The translations under genes and the position numbers were made by a program. The notes beneath the pieces were generated by a model. That model did not search any database. It saw only the letters and a program-made list of their open reading frames with translations, and was not told the DNA's origin. Shown piece by piece: positions 1-13,823 of a DNA stretch of 64,000 bases. Position 1 is the first letter of the stretch. Each line of letters starts with the position of its first letter. The DNA is from Chrysomallon squamiferum (Eukaryota; Animalia; Mollusca), in the NCBI GenBank assembly GCA_012295275.1, contig CM022665.1, forward strand, positions 38,440,001-38,504,000, given 5' to 3'.

Positions 1-19
1 TGTGATATTCCAAAAGAGA

Positions 20-385
20 ATCAGCTGCCACGACGTTTTCTTTCCTGTGTTACTTCTACAGATTATCGACCACTGACAAACAACTAGAGTTACTCCTACC
101 ATATATCAGCCGCTGATGACGCTTCTCGTGTTACTCCTACAAATTTGAAGGCGATGACACCGCTTGTATTACTCCTACCAGTTATCAGCCAGTGTGTTAT
201 TCCTACAAATTATGAGACACCGAAGACCTTTTTTTTTTAGTATTCTTACCACGGATCAGCAACCGAGGTCGCTTGTTTTACTCTACGTTTCATATACTGC
301 TACAGATTTCTGTTTTATTATCAATACCGGTTATTGGCCAGAGATGACGATTTTGGAGTTACTCTTACTAATTATAAAGACCGAA
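20..385 (+). repeat. Degenerate ~40-bp tandem array, core GTTACTCCTAC
   Basis: Core variants at 49, 89, 130, 168, 196, ~240, ~276 and 358, often followed by ATTATCAGCC/GATGAC-like sequence. Confidence 0.75.
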
Positions 386-2407
386 AAAAAAAGAAGAAGA
401 AGTATGCATGTTCAAAAGAGCTAGTCATTGTGAATCTGGCCTGCATCAGGCCCGAACTGTGAACTATTCGAGTTGGACATCACTATTCTTTTTCAACATA
501 TATTTTTAATGGTTTATATATATTTTTTTTTTATGGCTGTTAGCTCTAACCCGCAATCACGTTTTGCTGGTTTGACATGGTAAAAGTCATGTAGACCCTT
601 TTGATAAGATGAATTCGTAAGTCACTTAGTGTCAAGTAAGTGACAATAAAAACACACAAGCTAACAATAATATTAAATCTTTGTTTATGAGGTTCAAAGA
701 CACGGGTACATAAAACAAAGATTAGAGAGGAATCGAGTGCTTAGAGTACAACCATGTGTCCTTTTTATTATTATTATTATTATTTTTTTTTTTAAAGCTT
801 CTAAGAAAATCAAAGTTAAAGGTTTTTAAGTTGACCTGATCAATAAAAATCAGGTTCTTTGTTAATCGTGATTATTTTTGGCTAAATGTGGATTATATTT
901 CTGTATATAAATATATATATATATATATATTTAATCTTCGATCATGTCATGTGTGTGCTGGAATACTGGTTATGCTGCTGTAATTGCAATTATAAAATAT
1001 ATTCTCATCCGAAAAAAAAAAAAATAAAATAACAAAAAAACCCCCCCAAAAATAATAATAATAATAAAAAAAAAGAAAAAGGTAAAAAAAAAAGTTTAAT
1101 GAAGAAGATGAAAAAGCCTTCTTTAAAACGACAAGCATATAAATGCACACACACAAATGTATGTATGTATGCATACACACACATTAAAAAAAAGAAAAAA
1201 AAGAAGAGATAAATAAATAAATAAATAAAAAGAAAGTCAACCAATGATAAGGAATGAATATTGAATATTATATGGTGTATGTGTCACATTATAACAATGT
1301 TTAAAGTAAACGTAATTTATTTTTTAAATGTGATGGTGACGTTTCTTTCGTATCCTGGGGACTCAGACCATTCAGACTATTTGCAACAACTAAAATAATT
1401 ATTTTTGCATAACTATGGTTCCAGTGGCATATGTTTAAAATCTAGCTATATGATTTATAAAAATATAACAGCTTTAAGCATTAATATTCCACAATCTGGA
1501 TAATCTGTTAAATGAATTAATGGCGTAATCCAGTGCTGTACATAGGTGAATTACGTGTATACAACGTATGTTCGCTAAGTAAACACAATGGGCCAAATCA
1601 CGGCGTAACTGCAATTACTGTGTGGTTTAGACAGCGGTGAATAGATGTTTTAGACTGTTACGTAAGGATTACAGTGGTTATTGATTAAGCCTGCAGTGGT
1701 TCACAAAATGAATTGTTTGAAAAGCTGTTTGGTGAATGTGTGGTAGAAGGCAGAATACACGTGGGAATCATGATGCACAGTTGAAACACACACGCACTGA
1801 CGCATACAGATAAGCACATACACATACACTAATACGTTCATTCACAGGTACACACAGGATTAAAACAGCAACAGCAACAAAAATAAGTATCATAAACAAA
1901 CAAAAAGAAGACGAAGAAGAACAACAAATAACAAACACTTGTAACGCTTTACTTCCCCCGAAAAAATATACTATCTTAAAAAAAAAATACTTAAAAAAAT
2001 ACTTCAACAATAAGAATTTTTCTTGTTAGAAATAAATAAATTAAAATTAAAATTAAACAAAACACAAACACTAACATAAATACAGAACGGCCTCCCTTCA
2101 GAAACTATCACTACTACAAAACAAAACAATAACAACAAAAAAACACCCCCAAAATCCAACAACCCAGACAACATCATCACCTTCTATAAAACAAAGATGA
2201 CAAAACAATACAAAAAAAAAAAAAAAAAAAAAAAAAACCCAGGACATTCATAACGTGTACGATGTGTGTAAAACGCCATGAACGACTGAGTAACTGAAAT
2301 TGCTCGATTTTCAAGGTGGTCGTAATCAAACAGAATTCTTTCTTTCTTTCTACATCTTCTCTTTTTTTTTTTTTTTCTGTCTTTCTTTTTTTTTTTTTTT
2401 TTTTTTT

Positions 2408-2446
<39 letters not shown>

Positions 2447-2579
2447 TTTGTTTGTTAGTTAGTTATTTTAAATCTGTTTTTAATTGAAAATTGTAACCGA
2501 AAATTGTTTTACACAAGGAAATATTCTCTGCTACAAGGACCATCGTGACCACAAAGTGCTGCTACCACTGTTTTCACTA

Positions 2580-2713
2580 CGTTGTTACCACTACTACTAC
2601 TACTACTACTATTATTATTGCTGCTGCTGCTGCTACTATTACCACTACTACTACTTCTACTACTACTCTAGTGCTGCTGCTACAATAACAATTATTACCA
2701 TTACCACTACCAT

Positions 2714-2775
<62 letters not shown>

Positions 2776-3130
2776 TTAATATAACAGTTATCACTATTAC
2801 TATGGCTTCTTACTTTTTTTTTTTTTTTTTATTTTCTTTTTATTTTGGGTTGGGGTGGGTGGGTAAATATTACTGCTAATTTAAAAAAGATGATTAGCAA
2901 CAACAATCACTTCTGTTGCAAATACCATCACTGTTGCTCCTATCACACAACCACCACTTCAACAACAACAGCAACTACTAGTATTACTAACATTACTACT
3001 ACTATTATTACTGCTACTACCACTATTACGACAACAACTATTACTACTACTTCTACTACCACCATCATTGGTACGTACTACTGCAACTGCTACTGTTGCC
3101 ACTACTACTAGTACGGCTACTGCTACTGTT
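2580..3130 (+). repeat. (TAC/ACT)n low-complexity tract
   Basis: Pure and degenerate ACT triplets; source of the poly-T and poly-Y ORFs. Confidence 0.95.
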
Positions 3131-4114
3131 ACAAAGTAAATAAATAAATGAACTGATAAATACTTCACAAACAGATACATTTCATCCAGTGTTTCACGAG
3201 GTGATATCAAATACCAGTATATTTTCTATCGTAAATCAAAAATATTACAAATATTTCAGCGATGTTATCCTAGATAACCGCTCCATTTTTCGGCACAAAA
3301 TACCATCTCCAACTTGCGTTTTTTGTTTTTGCTTTTTTTTTTTTTTTTGGTTAACCACGCTACGGGCGGATCTGAATTTCAGAAAAGGGGCGGAGCATCT
3401 TCAGTGTGGGGAAAACCCTCAGTTTTGGTCGTTATAACTTTCAAGATCAAATACGTTACATACTAGTAAGTGAAGGAGCAAGAAAATTTAATATGATGAA
3501 CTCGTGCCTTACGTAAAGAGTTTTAAAACTATGTGCGCGCTGGTCTGAAAGGGTTCGTTCGATGTGTATGGTGTAAAAATCCACCATTGTATTGGAGCAC
3601 CGACAAAACCCGACGACATCCGTGTAAAACCTATTTCGTTTTCCTTTTTCTTTCTATCTTTTTTCTTTTCCTTTTTTTTTCTTTTTCTATTTTCTTTTCT
3701 TTCTTTCTTTTCTTTTCTTTTTTTTCTTTTTCTTTTTTTTTTTATTGAAAACCTCAAGCAGAAGTAACGTATAATTAAGTATGTTTAATGTTTCACCTTT
3801 CCTTTTTTCCCTTTTCACCCCTCGTCTTTTTCCCGTTTTATGCACGTTGTTACGTAATACTGTTGTGGTTAATGGCTGAAGTGAAAACAGATAAAATGAT
3901 GACACGATCAGCTGAAATAAAAATCTTGTACAGTTGAAATTATATCTGATAATTAAAAGACGAAAGTGTTAGATAGCGTAATGGAATACTTTCTTGGGAT
4001 ACTGAGCCTGTACTGAAATAATTAGACAGTAAATTATTTGTGTATTACCTGGTAATGTTATATATTTTTCGTAATAAAAAATGAAATAAAAAATGAAATA
4101 AAATTAGGTGCGTT

Positions 4115-4301
4115 TTTGTATGTATGTAGAAATATATATGTATGTATATATGTATGTATGTGTGTACATGTGCGTGTGTATATATATATATATGCATGTG
4201 CGTGGATATATATATATGTATATATACACACATGTATATCTATCTATCTATCTATCTATACATATATACACATGTATATCAATATCTATCTTGCTTTACA
4301 G

Positions 4302-4352
<51 letters not shown>
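4115..4352 (+). repeat. Compound TA/TG/ATCT and (CA)n microsatellite
   Basis: Pure (AC)n at 4304-4352, preceded by degenerate dinucleotide repeats. Confidence 0.95.
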
Positions 4353-4353
<1 letters not shown>

Positions 4354-4842
4354 TACTTAGTAATATTATATATTTTTCTTTTTCATTTGTGAGCGGGAAT
4401 AATATCACTTAGTATTTATCTCAGATTAGATATTAACCTGCAACTATTGTGTTACAAAGATAATTAATTTTAATTTTTTTGTCTGGGTAAAAAATAAAAA
4501 AATCTTCTACTCTTTACAGTTTGAAAGATTGAAATAAGAATATAACAATGAACGAAATAAAATATTTAACATAGCATTAAGAAACAAAATGTATATATAA
4601 AAACCCACAAACGTTACGTCAACATTAAATAAATAAATAAATAAATAAAACCTGATGAACTGTAACACCATATTGGATATATATGTAGTTAAAAAATTAG
4701 CAACTTATTCATGCCAACACGTATAATACCAACACAAAAAAATTATTAAAAAAAAAAAAAAATTAAACAACAACATTTATTCGTTTTGAGGTGATACGAC
4801 AAAATTAAAATAATAAGTATTTTCTAATTTATTTACTTCAGA

Positions 4843-4843
<1 letters not shown>

Positions 4844-4904
<61 letters not shown>
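4844..4904 (+). repeat. (ATT)n microsatellite
   Basis: Directly visible. Confidence 0.97.
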
Positions 4905-6351
4905 GATTACTGTTTTCTCAAATGTATCGGCATGACATCAATACTAGAATGACGTGTAGGCTTCGTTGAATAAACGGGATTTTACTAATGTTAATCATTT
5001 ATGAATTCTATTTATTTATTTTTTAATTTCTAAAAGAAGAAAAACGACAAAACTTTTTCAAAGTCAGGTAAGTTAATTCTCTATATTTTAAGAAAAAATT
5101 AAGTTATAAATAATATTTTTACAAACACAAACACTTCGAATATAAACTAAAGTAATTCAGCTAATATGCGTGTATATTCGTATAAATCTGTGTCGGTAAG
5201 TACATCGTGTATGTATTTATGTGTATATATATGTACGTTTGTATGTGTGTGTATGTTTCTATATATGTACCCATGAAGGTTTATATATGAATATTTGTGT
5301 GTCTACATATTCGTACTAACATATATAAGCATATATATGTTAGTACGAATACACATACATACATATATACATAGATAAACCCACACTCAAATGCTGATAC
5401 GTGTGTGTGCCAAGCAAAATAACACTTTATTACAGCTTGGTAAGAAACCAGCACGACTTGCGTAGTCACAAGCTGTGAGATCAGCTCTGACTATTAAACT
5501 GCTAATATGACTGCAAATACTCAGACTTAATCCAAGACCACAGATTTCCCCCCCTCCCCCCCCCAAAAAAAAAACTCGCCACAAAGACCCAGCGGGCCCG
5601 TAATTAGATCATAATAAAAGGTAGCGTTTTGGCTTGGAGAATCTTTTGTCGGAATCTATAGAAATAAAAATGACTGGTACGACTGATAAAAAAACATAAC
5701 TGGGACAATAAAAAAATTTAATGATTTTTAATCAACACGAAAGATGCGTCGCGAAATAACCGTTCTTTCTCTCAGAAACTACCACAAGCCTTAGGTTCAC
5801 GCCAGCGACTGCATTCAAGTACTAAATGTTCTTAAAACGACAATGAATGACAAATAATGTATCTTTTGTGTGGAACAAACGGATATATATAACTGCGTGA
5901 TGTATCGTAAAGAAATTTACTTACGAAACGTGAAACCGCGAGAACCCTGCCACGCGGCCATTCACCCTCTTTTCAATGCAGAAATAGGATGGGCGCCTGG
6001 GAGCGATTAACATATGAAAGATTTAATAAAAAGCTATTTTACGATAAAGTTTGTCGAAAACGAGATATATGCATTGTGTGTTTTATTGGTTCTTATAAAA
6101 CCTCTATCGTCGTGCAGAGACACTCAAATAAGCTTGGTTACATGTGATTTCCTCACTAATAGAGGGCGCACCGGGGTCCGGAGACATGATGGCAGTTAAA
6201 AACGTGGAGTCAAGAACAACACATTAAGTTAGATCGCCGTGTTTCAGACTTAGTTCGTTTAAGTTTGTCTTGTGGTAAATCAGTCGCATTCCTACTGCCT
6301 TGCAAGAAAATACATTCATCCAAACTCGTTTCGACAGTAAATAGTTAACAA

Positions 6352-6532
6352 TAAGATTGCCTTTTTAAGTAAAAGTTACATTCGCGTTATCTTACAAGTC
6401 AAAATATAATTTTAAGCTGCTTTGCAATAGTAAATAATTTTACTAAGATTGCCTTTTAAGTAAATGTTACATTCACGTCATCTTACAAGTCAAAATATAA
6501 TTTTAAGATGCCTTGCAATTTAATTTTACTAA
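6352..6532 (+). repeat. ~92-bp direct tandem duplication (2 copies)
   Basis: TAAGATTGCCTTTT...TCTTACAAGTCAAAATATAATTTTAAG...TTTTACT starts at 6352 and again at 6444. Confidence 0.9.
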
Positions 6533-7798
6533 CGTTGCAATAGTAACAGTAAATTAATAGTAACGAAATTACATTCTGAGTAATCATCCACCACGATATT
6601 TACTGTTCAGTTTTACCGTTAACATTTCTCTTCACTGTAGTTTTTTTTTTTCTGTTTCATATATTTCAGTTCAGTAAGCCTATTTAAATATCTTTCACAC
6701 AAGAAAGACTAACCGGATAACAGGCGGCAAATATGATACACAAAGTTTATGAAAGAAATGGTTTTTTTATGCAGACGTTAGAAGTGCTTGCAGTCATTTT
6801 TTATTTTTTTTTTTTTTTTTAAAATATTTTTGTAATTTTGTAATTTTGTTTTCCCACTTCTGTGATAATTTATGCTCTCGGTCCTGCTTACTTTTTGTGA
6901 AGTCAGCGTATAAAATTTCTAAATGTATGATTTAATGAAAGAAATATATCAAACAAATATCCTGGATACACGCCAAAATGCAAAAATTTCGAACCGCCCT
7001 CTGTCGATTTTAAATTACAGTAATTAGTTTTAAGTTATTTTACAACTCCGTGATTTGTATCGTTTTAAGGTTTTTAATTTATCTATTTTCCGAATTACAA
7101 TTATTTTAGAATATTAATATAAATAAAGTAAAAAGAAAAAAAAAAAAAAAGTAACTTTTTAGGAATATCGGGTCAGTTTAACTCGTAAATTATTTTGGTG
7201 AAATAAAGCCAATTTTTCTTGGTTTATTTATTTGTTTACTTATTTATTTAGGTTTTTTTTTTTTTTTTGCAAAAAAGTAGTCATTTGAATTAATTTGTTT
7301 TGTTTTTTTCTTAAAGTGTCGGAATATGTAAATCAAAGATTATAAACAAATTTCTTATAATTATAGCGGGTCTTTTTCTGATCTTTTTTTTTTCCAAAAT
7401 AAAAATTAGCAAAAAAATAAAAATAAAAATAAAAATAAATAAATAAAAATAAGAATACAACACCCGCCCCCAAACAACAAGTAAACGTAATAAGAAAAAC
7501 AACAACATGAAAAACCCATGCTTTCAATTTTCAGCGAAGAAAATTGTACTTAAAAACAAAACTATAGGTTGAGGGTCCTTCCAAATTTCCCAAATCTGAA
7601 ACGTTTTCCGAGCAAACTTTGGTTATTGTTTTTTGTTGGATCAATATACACAAATTTTATTTCATGCACAACATTATTTTAAAAATATTATATAAATAAA
7701 ACCCTGGAGATTATGTGTACAAACTGCATATGAAATATAAACTGAATTTGTGTTTAGATTTAATATCCGAAATACGAAATGCTTCCGGTGATATATGA

Positions 7799-8045
7799 TT
7801 TTAACGGAGGACTTTAATTTATCTGAATATATTGCATACAGCATTTTAATAGAGAATTTTATTTTAATTTGCTTGAATATTATTCATACAACATTTTAAA
7901 TAGAGAATTTTATTTTAATTTACTTTAATATTACTCATACAGCATTGTAATAGAGATATTTATTTTAATTTACTTAAATATTATTCATATAGCATTTAAA
8001 TAGAGAACTTTAATTCATTTTACTATTGCAGATACTGTATTTTAA
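7799..8045 (+). repeat. AT-rich 50-51 bp minisatellite (~4.5 copies)
   Basis: CATAC/CATAT anchors at 7835, 7885, 7936 and 7986, each followed by (A)GCATTTTAATAGAGAATTTTATTTTAATTT-like sequence. Confidence 0.88.
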
Positions 8046-8835
8046 CTGATTAATTCTGTGCCTCTTTTTTCTTTCATTCAGTGTTTTAGAACAATATTTT
8101 GATGAGAATTTCCTGTTAGTCTGATTCTCATTGCTGATGCAACAATTTAACAGAGAACTTCATTTAAACGTACTTCAGTACAAACTCTTTTACAACTGTT
8201 ATTCTTTACTATTGATATGTCTTCATCTTCTTCTTCTTTTCCTTTGACCTCAGTTGACCCTGGATCATTCACACGCAGACTGTTAAATTTCACGGGTTTG
8301 TTTACCTTGCATATAAATTAAAAAAAAAACCTTCACAATTTGTTAAGGATACACCCAGAAATTTTATTTCGAATTGAATTTCACCATTAAAAATGCAAAA
8401 GCGCACATTGATTTTTATGACACTTTTTAAATTAATTATGCCATAAAAGCTCATCTGATGGCAGTTTGTATTTCGACTTGCAGATAGAAGTAGCTGTTCC
8501 GCCCACCATTTAAGTGACAGAAAACATTAGTCAGGTGAAAAAGACGGATAAATCGACAAAAGTGCCCTGATCCGATGACGACAAAGGTTTGAATAATGGA
8601 TTATTCGGTGCGGTGGACGTTTTGTCAAATTTGAATCTGTTGCATTGTCAACGAGGACGCCATAAACATATACATACACACATACATACATATATACACA
8701 GTGATATAGACAAATAGAGAGAAAACTAAATGGGCAGTGGCATAAATAGAATGATAGACAGATAGATAGACAGTATAAGTGGGTACGTACGTTTATATAC
8801 ATATGCATGCATACACACATAATTATATGCTCACA

Positions 8836-8863
8836 TCTGTCTGTCTATCTATCTATCTCTGTG

Positions 8864-8925
<62 letters not shown>

Positions 8926-8926
8926 A

Positions 8927-8969
<43 letters not shown>

Positions 8970-8996
8970 TCTATACACCTATCTATGTATGTATCT
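8836..8996 (+). repeat. (TCTA)n/(TCTG)n microsatellite
   Basis: Directly visible. Confidence 0.95.
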
Positions 8997-10221
8997 ATAT
9001 GCTCACACAGAATGTATATGGAAAAACAGATCCATAGGCAAAGAAAGAGATACAAACAGAATGTGAAATTGAGATTGGGAGAGCGATAATAAAACCGAGA
9101 GCTAGAGAGGGACTAACAGATATAAATTACAGAATGGGAATCAGACGGAGAAAGATGAATTCAGAGGAAACTGAAAAAACGTTAGTTAGAAAACTAGGGA
9201 TAGAGATGAACCAAAGAATCCTCGAAAGAAATAAAAAGGAAAAGAAAAGAAAGATGAGCGAGTCGCATACAGAACTAATCCGAAACATCAGTGGACCACC
9301 TTAAAGTCGTCTAGTCAAGTACTGGACAAGATCGTACAAACTTTACTCTTGGAAACAAAATTTAATCTCAAAATAAATAAAGCAACAGGATTCCGTTCGC
9401 AAGAAAACAGATAACGAAGACGTTATATTCGGATAGACAAACATTCAAACAACGAAGATAAATATTACCACATCTATAAACATGTTTTCACATATATTAG
9501 CCACCACTGCTAGATTATGGGTGGATTTATTTATTTATTTATTTTTGTTTCCAAATAAACACTTTTAGTGTCTCACGGTGTATGAATTGGCCTGCTAAAC
9601 CTGGATTAAGAGTGTCCACTGTCACAGCGAGCCTTTAATAGATGGGTAGGGCTACACCGATCACGAATGAAACATTCCGCGGTTAGTTTCAGCAATAGAA
9701 AACCAAAACGGAGACACAGACGTAAAGAGAGCCAGTCGTTCAAATTTGTTTCTTGTGTGACGGTTAATCTGTGTTCAAATCCATGTTTTAATGGCTGAAC
9801 TGTATTGCTTTATATTTTTATATATATATTTTTTTTGTTGCTCTATGATAACAGGTTAGGTGTAGGACCATAACGCCCATTACTGAAACCGATAATGGGG
9901 CATGGCTATTAGTTTACGGACAAGGAAATCAAAGTTTATAGGTCGAAAAACTGTTCAATTAGCGCCACGTTGAATTTGAAACTGCTTCAGCAAGTCTCTG
10001 CTTATTACATTCGCCAAAGATAACGAATGATAGATTACAATCTGAAATGCCTCCTGCTGATTAATTATTATTATTATTATTATTATTACCAAAAGTAAAC
10101 GGTTATGTTTTTTTGCACCTAGTTTTAACGACAGAACGCTGTTTGACGTGTGACTACGTTTGATAAACTGACCCAGTTGTTCCCCTTATCTGTAAAGAAA
10201 AACGCTAAGATCCTCTAGTAA

Positions 10222-10487
10222 GCAGTTGAGGACATTGATTTTTGGGGCCCTGGGCTTGAACAGTCACTGGGCCCTTTGGGAGCAACAACAAGGTCTGGCA
10301 ACTACTGCTATCTTCTTCAGTGACTTGTTCCATAACTGATCGCCATAATTCTTTTTAAAATTTAACCACGGCATCTCAGATTTAAAATTTTTAAAGTAAT
10401 GTTAACTAACGTTGCTTCAGGGGCCCTTCTCGGATTAGGGGCCCTGAAGCTTTAAGCTTCATTAGTTTCATTATAGATCCACCCCTG
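10222..10487. mobile_element. Degenerate non-autonomous DNA transposon (MITE-like) remnant
   Basis: Four GGGCCC motifs (~10245, 10269, 10421, 10439), a GAAGCTTTAAGCTTC near-palindrome and terminal AGATCCACCCCTG, resembling the CAGGGGCGGATC-type TIR seen elsewhere in the window. The left boundary is uncertain. Confidence 0.5.
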
Positions 10488-10857
10488 GTAGTAAGTTTTA
10501 GGATTTTTCTCTCTTTTATCTTTGTGTGAGTATATATAAATAAATGTAAAATTTAAAATTTCCTTTTCAAAATCCATTTTCACGTTATGTGATTTTTTAA
10601 GTTTTCGTTTCATCGTATTTGTCGAAATTTCGTAATATGGGACGACCATGGCTACTTTGTGAAAAGTTAACTGTGGTATTTCGTAAGTGATATTACGATA
10701 GCGTTATCGTTGCCAGAAAACATTAACACGGCACGAATCAAAGACACGAAGATAAAACTACTGCATGATCATACGTTATTTACCTTACACAATAGCGTGC
10801 ATCATAATAAATAATCACCACTCTTGTCATGCCGTGAATAGAGATTTACAATCTATC

Positions 10858-10954
10858 AAACCTTATCAGATACAATCTTGATGTTTATAATTAAACAAGA
10901 GGACGAATATCATATATTAAACGTTATCAAATACAATCTTGATGTTTATAATTA
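10858..10954 (+). repeat. 36-bp direct repeat, 61-bp period
   Basis: AAAC(C/G)TTATCA(G/A)ATACAATCTTGATGTTTATAATTA at 10858 and 10919. Confidence 0.9.
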
Positions 10955-11122
10955 TGATATGGTATGATATAATGGCTTTTTCATGCACTGTGCATCTGAA
11001 CTACCTCGCCTATAGATTTTTGCCTTAGTAAATAAACTGTATAAATACTGAGTAAACAAATTACACACATTTTAGTAACAATGGTTTCTAGATTCCTTAC
11101 GGTTTTTATTTAATGCTGACGT

Positions 11123-11300
11123 GAGATTAGAAACCTGCAGCTCTTACTCTTCTGTATGCTGAATGCTGAAAATATCGAGTAGCAGTAAGAAATTTCAATA
11201 TCCACCTTCTCATAGACAGGAAAACAGAAAGAAATCGTAGAGCACTAATTGGAACAGAAATACTCCTACGATCAGTGACCATAGGGGCATCTCTAGTCTA
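11123..11300 (-). mobile_element. Highly diverged SINE-like fragment
   Basis: GAAACC...TAGCAG...CACC..CATAGACAGGAAA...GTAGAGCACT..TGGAAC.GAAATA; motif order is shared with the copies at 24771 and 47118. Confidence 0.4.
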
Positions 11301-11316
11301 CATTAATGTTTATATA

Positions 11317-11318
<2 letters not shown>

Positions 11319-11389
<71 letters not shown>
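11319..11389 (+). repeat. (CA)n microsatellite
   Basis: Directly visible. Confidence 0.97.
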
Positions 11390-11391
<2 letters not shown>

Positions 11392-11660
11392 GTGTGCATT
11401 ATACAAACTGTTGCAATTTTGTTTTAATCGTGTTAAATTTTTTTTAATAATACAAATAGTATCAATGGCAAATGGGTGTCATATTAATGATGATAATAAT
11501 TAGTAGTGTTAATATTTTAAAGCTATACATGTGCCAGTATTATTATTACAGCTTCCTAATTTTGGTCTAATTATTTCTGAAACTGTTAAAAAAAAAAAAA
11601 TAATAATAATAAAATAAGTATCGTTCTTACTATTTAGTTTCTAAAAATAATAAAATGGTA

Positions 11661-11775
11661 TGAAATAATATATATTAGTGATAGTTTTCTTTATTAAATG
11701 AAATAATATGTATTAGTAATAATTTCATTTATTATTCGAAATAATAAGAATATATATATATAGTACTGATTTTTG
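11661..11775 (+). repeat. AT-rich ~38-bp degenerate tandem repeat (3 copies)
   Basis: (T)GAAATAATA..TATTAGT at 11661, 11699 and ~11738. Confidence 0.65.
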
Positions 11776-12345
11776 TTTTCTTTTTTTTACATTCCAGTTA
11801 ATTATGATGATGTGGATTTGTGTGTTGATTTGCGCGTGTGCAATTCTGTCAAATAGGTGTTACGTTTCTTTGCGTTAGTATTTTCATAGCGTCCTGTTAA
11901 CCTCGGAGTTGCTGTTAAGCTCACAGCGTATCACGTTTTACTATTTTTAAGCTTATACCGAGCCAGCATCACGAGAATAATTTTTTTCATTTTTTTTTTT
12001 TTTATCTCTTTTTTAACATCAGTGACGCAGTGATTAAACTTACATTTGTTAAACTTTCGTTAAACTTTAAGCTGTTGCGTGTCGACCTCAGCGGCGAGGT
12101 TTGAAGCTTGTGGCATGTCGACCGCGATAGCGTTACTGTTAATCTTAAAACCGCATCTACATCGGTGGTGTAACTGTGTAGAAAATCACATAGCATGCTT
12201 TTGGTTTGGCTTTCTCTTTTCTTTATCTAATATCTGAACAAACAATGCTTCGAGAAAATACCACTGGCTTCGCACTTGTACGCTTTACTCAGACGTAACT
12301 GTATATGTGTCTTGATTTGGTTTAAACGATTAATTTTTGTACATG

Positions 12346-12470
<125 letters not shown>

Positions 12471-12974
12471 TATGGATATCTCTCTATGAGGACGTGCTAT
12501 TGTAATCTCTATATGGCAGTCCCCACTCTGATATTTAAGAAAATTACAGATGATGTAATTCCAGCTTTATAATTTCACATTATAATAAGTTAATTGAAAT
12601 ATATATATTTTTTAAATTCTTCTTGAGTAAACAACTATGCCAGCTATGCGATTACGCCTTGAAACATCCTACGACGACATCGAGTACAGACACGCTATAC
12701 GACATCACAGAACACATAATTACATTACATTACATTATTAGTTTTTAGAACTCATTAACAGACGTCAGACCGTGTTAACGTACTTCTTCTTCAAAGCGGT
12801 CATAAAAAAGGCAAGTTACTCTTTTTAAGTAAAACGATACGCAAGCACTGCCCGGTATTACTTACTACCCGAGCTATGAATAGAGAGAGAGAGAAAAAAA
12901 AAAAAAAAAAAAAAATAAAAAAATTAAAATATAATAAAATTAAAAAAAGAAAAATAATTCAAAACATTATAACG

Positions 12975-13290
12975 ATGACAGGCTATCCCGCGGGAAAGCG
13001 TGCAAAGAGTAACACTGAACACGACGGAGAAGACACACAATCGTGCGGGTAGAATTACTCTGCTGTAAAGTGAAAACTGTGACGACTGCTGTTGTTCCCA
13101 CCTGTCAGCCCAGTTTCGTTGCCCAGTGCACGTGGTAATGGGGGCTGGCTGAGGTAATTGCCTGTCACCCCGCTGTTGCAGCTCGCAGCTAACTGGAGTC
13201 GTTGTTGTTGTTGTTGTTGTTGGGGGGAAGGCGACTGGGTGCATCGGCGACACCGTGCGGCGATGTCAGAGTGATCCAGTAATGTAAATA
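12975..13290. promoter_or_regulatory. GC-rich island with COE, Su(H), E-box and TALE motifs; candidate distal enhancer
   Basis: TCCCGCGGGA 12986-12995; TTCCCAC 13095-13101 overlapping CACCTG 13099-13104; CACGTG 13129-13134; TGACAG/CTGTCA at 12976, 13102 and 13162. Confidence 0.35.
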
Positions 13291-13316
13291 TGTATTAGCT
13301 GTGAAAATGGTGTAGG

Positions 13317-13320
<4 letters not shown>

Positions 13321-13353
<33 letters not shown>

Positions 13354-13620
13354 TATGTGATGTGTGTTTGTGTGTATGTGTGTATATGTATATGTATATG
13401 TGTATGTGTATGTGTATGTCTGTCTGTCTGTCTGTCTGTATGTATGCATATATGTATATGTATGTATGTTTGTGTACAGTTGTGTGTATGTCGGTATGTA
13501 CTTACGTATATACATGTATGTATATATATATATATGTGTATGTGTGTCTGTATATAGGTGTGTATATGTATGTATGTCCGTACATGTGTGTGTATGTGTG
13601 TTTGTCTGTCTGTATGTATA
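13321..13620 (+). repeat. Degenerate (TG)/(TATG)/(TCTG) compound microsatellite
   Basis: Directly visible. Confidence 0.95.
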
Positions 13621-13789
13621 TTTATTATTTCGTATGAATGTGCTATTCATTCGCAATCTCTTATTTCATAAAAATGCATATATGTATATATGATTCAGTA
13701 ATATGTATCCAAAATGGATTCGGACTTTGGCAATAATTAAAATATCAAAATTATTTTTACTGTAACAAATAACATGCAAAACAAAACAA

Positions 13790-13823
<34 letters not shown>

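Noticed and set aside
9868-9906. Small hairpin GCCCATTA...TAATGGGGC faintly resembling miR-2001
   Set aside because: Seed region does not match and the stem is too short for a pre-miRNA.
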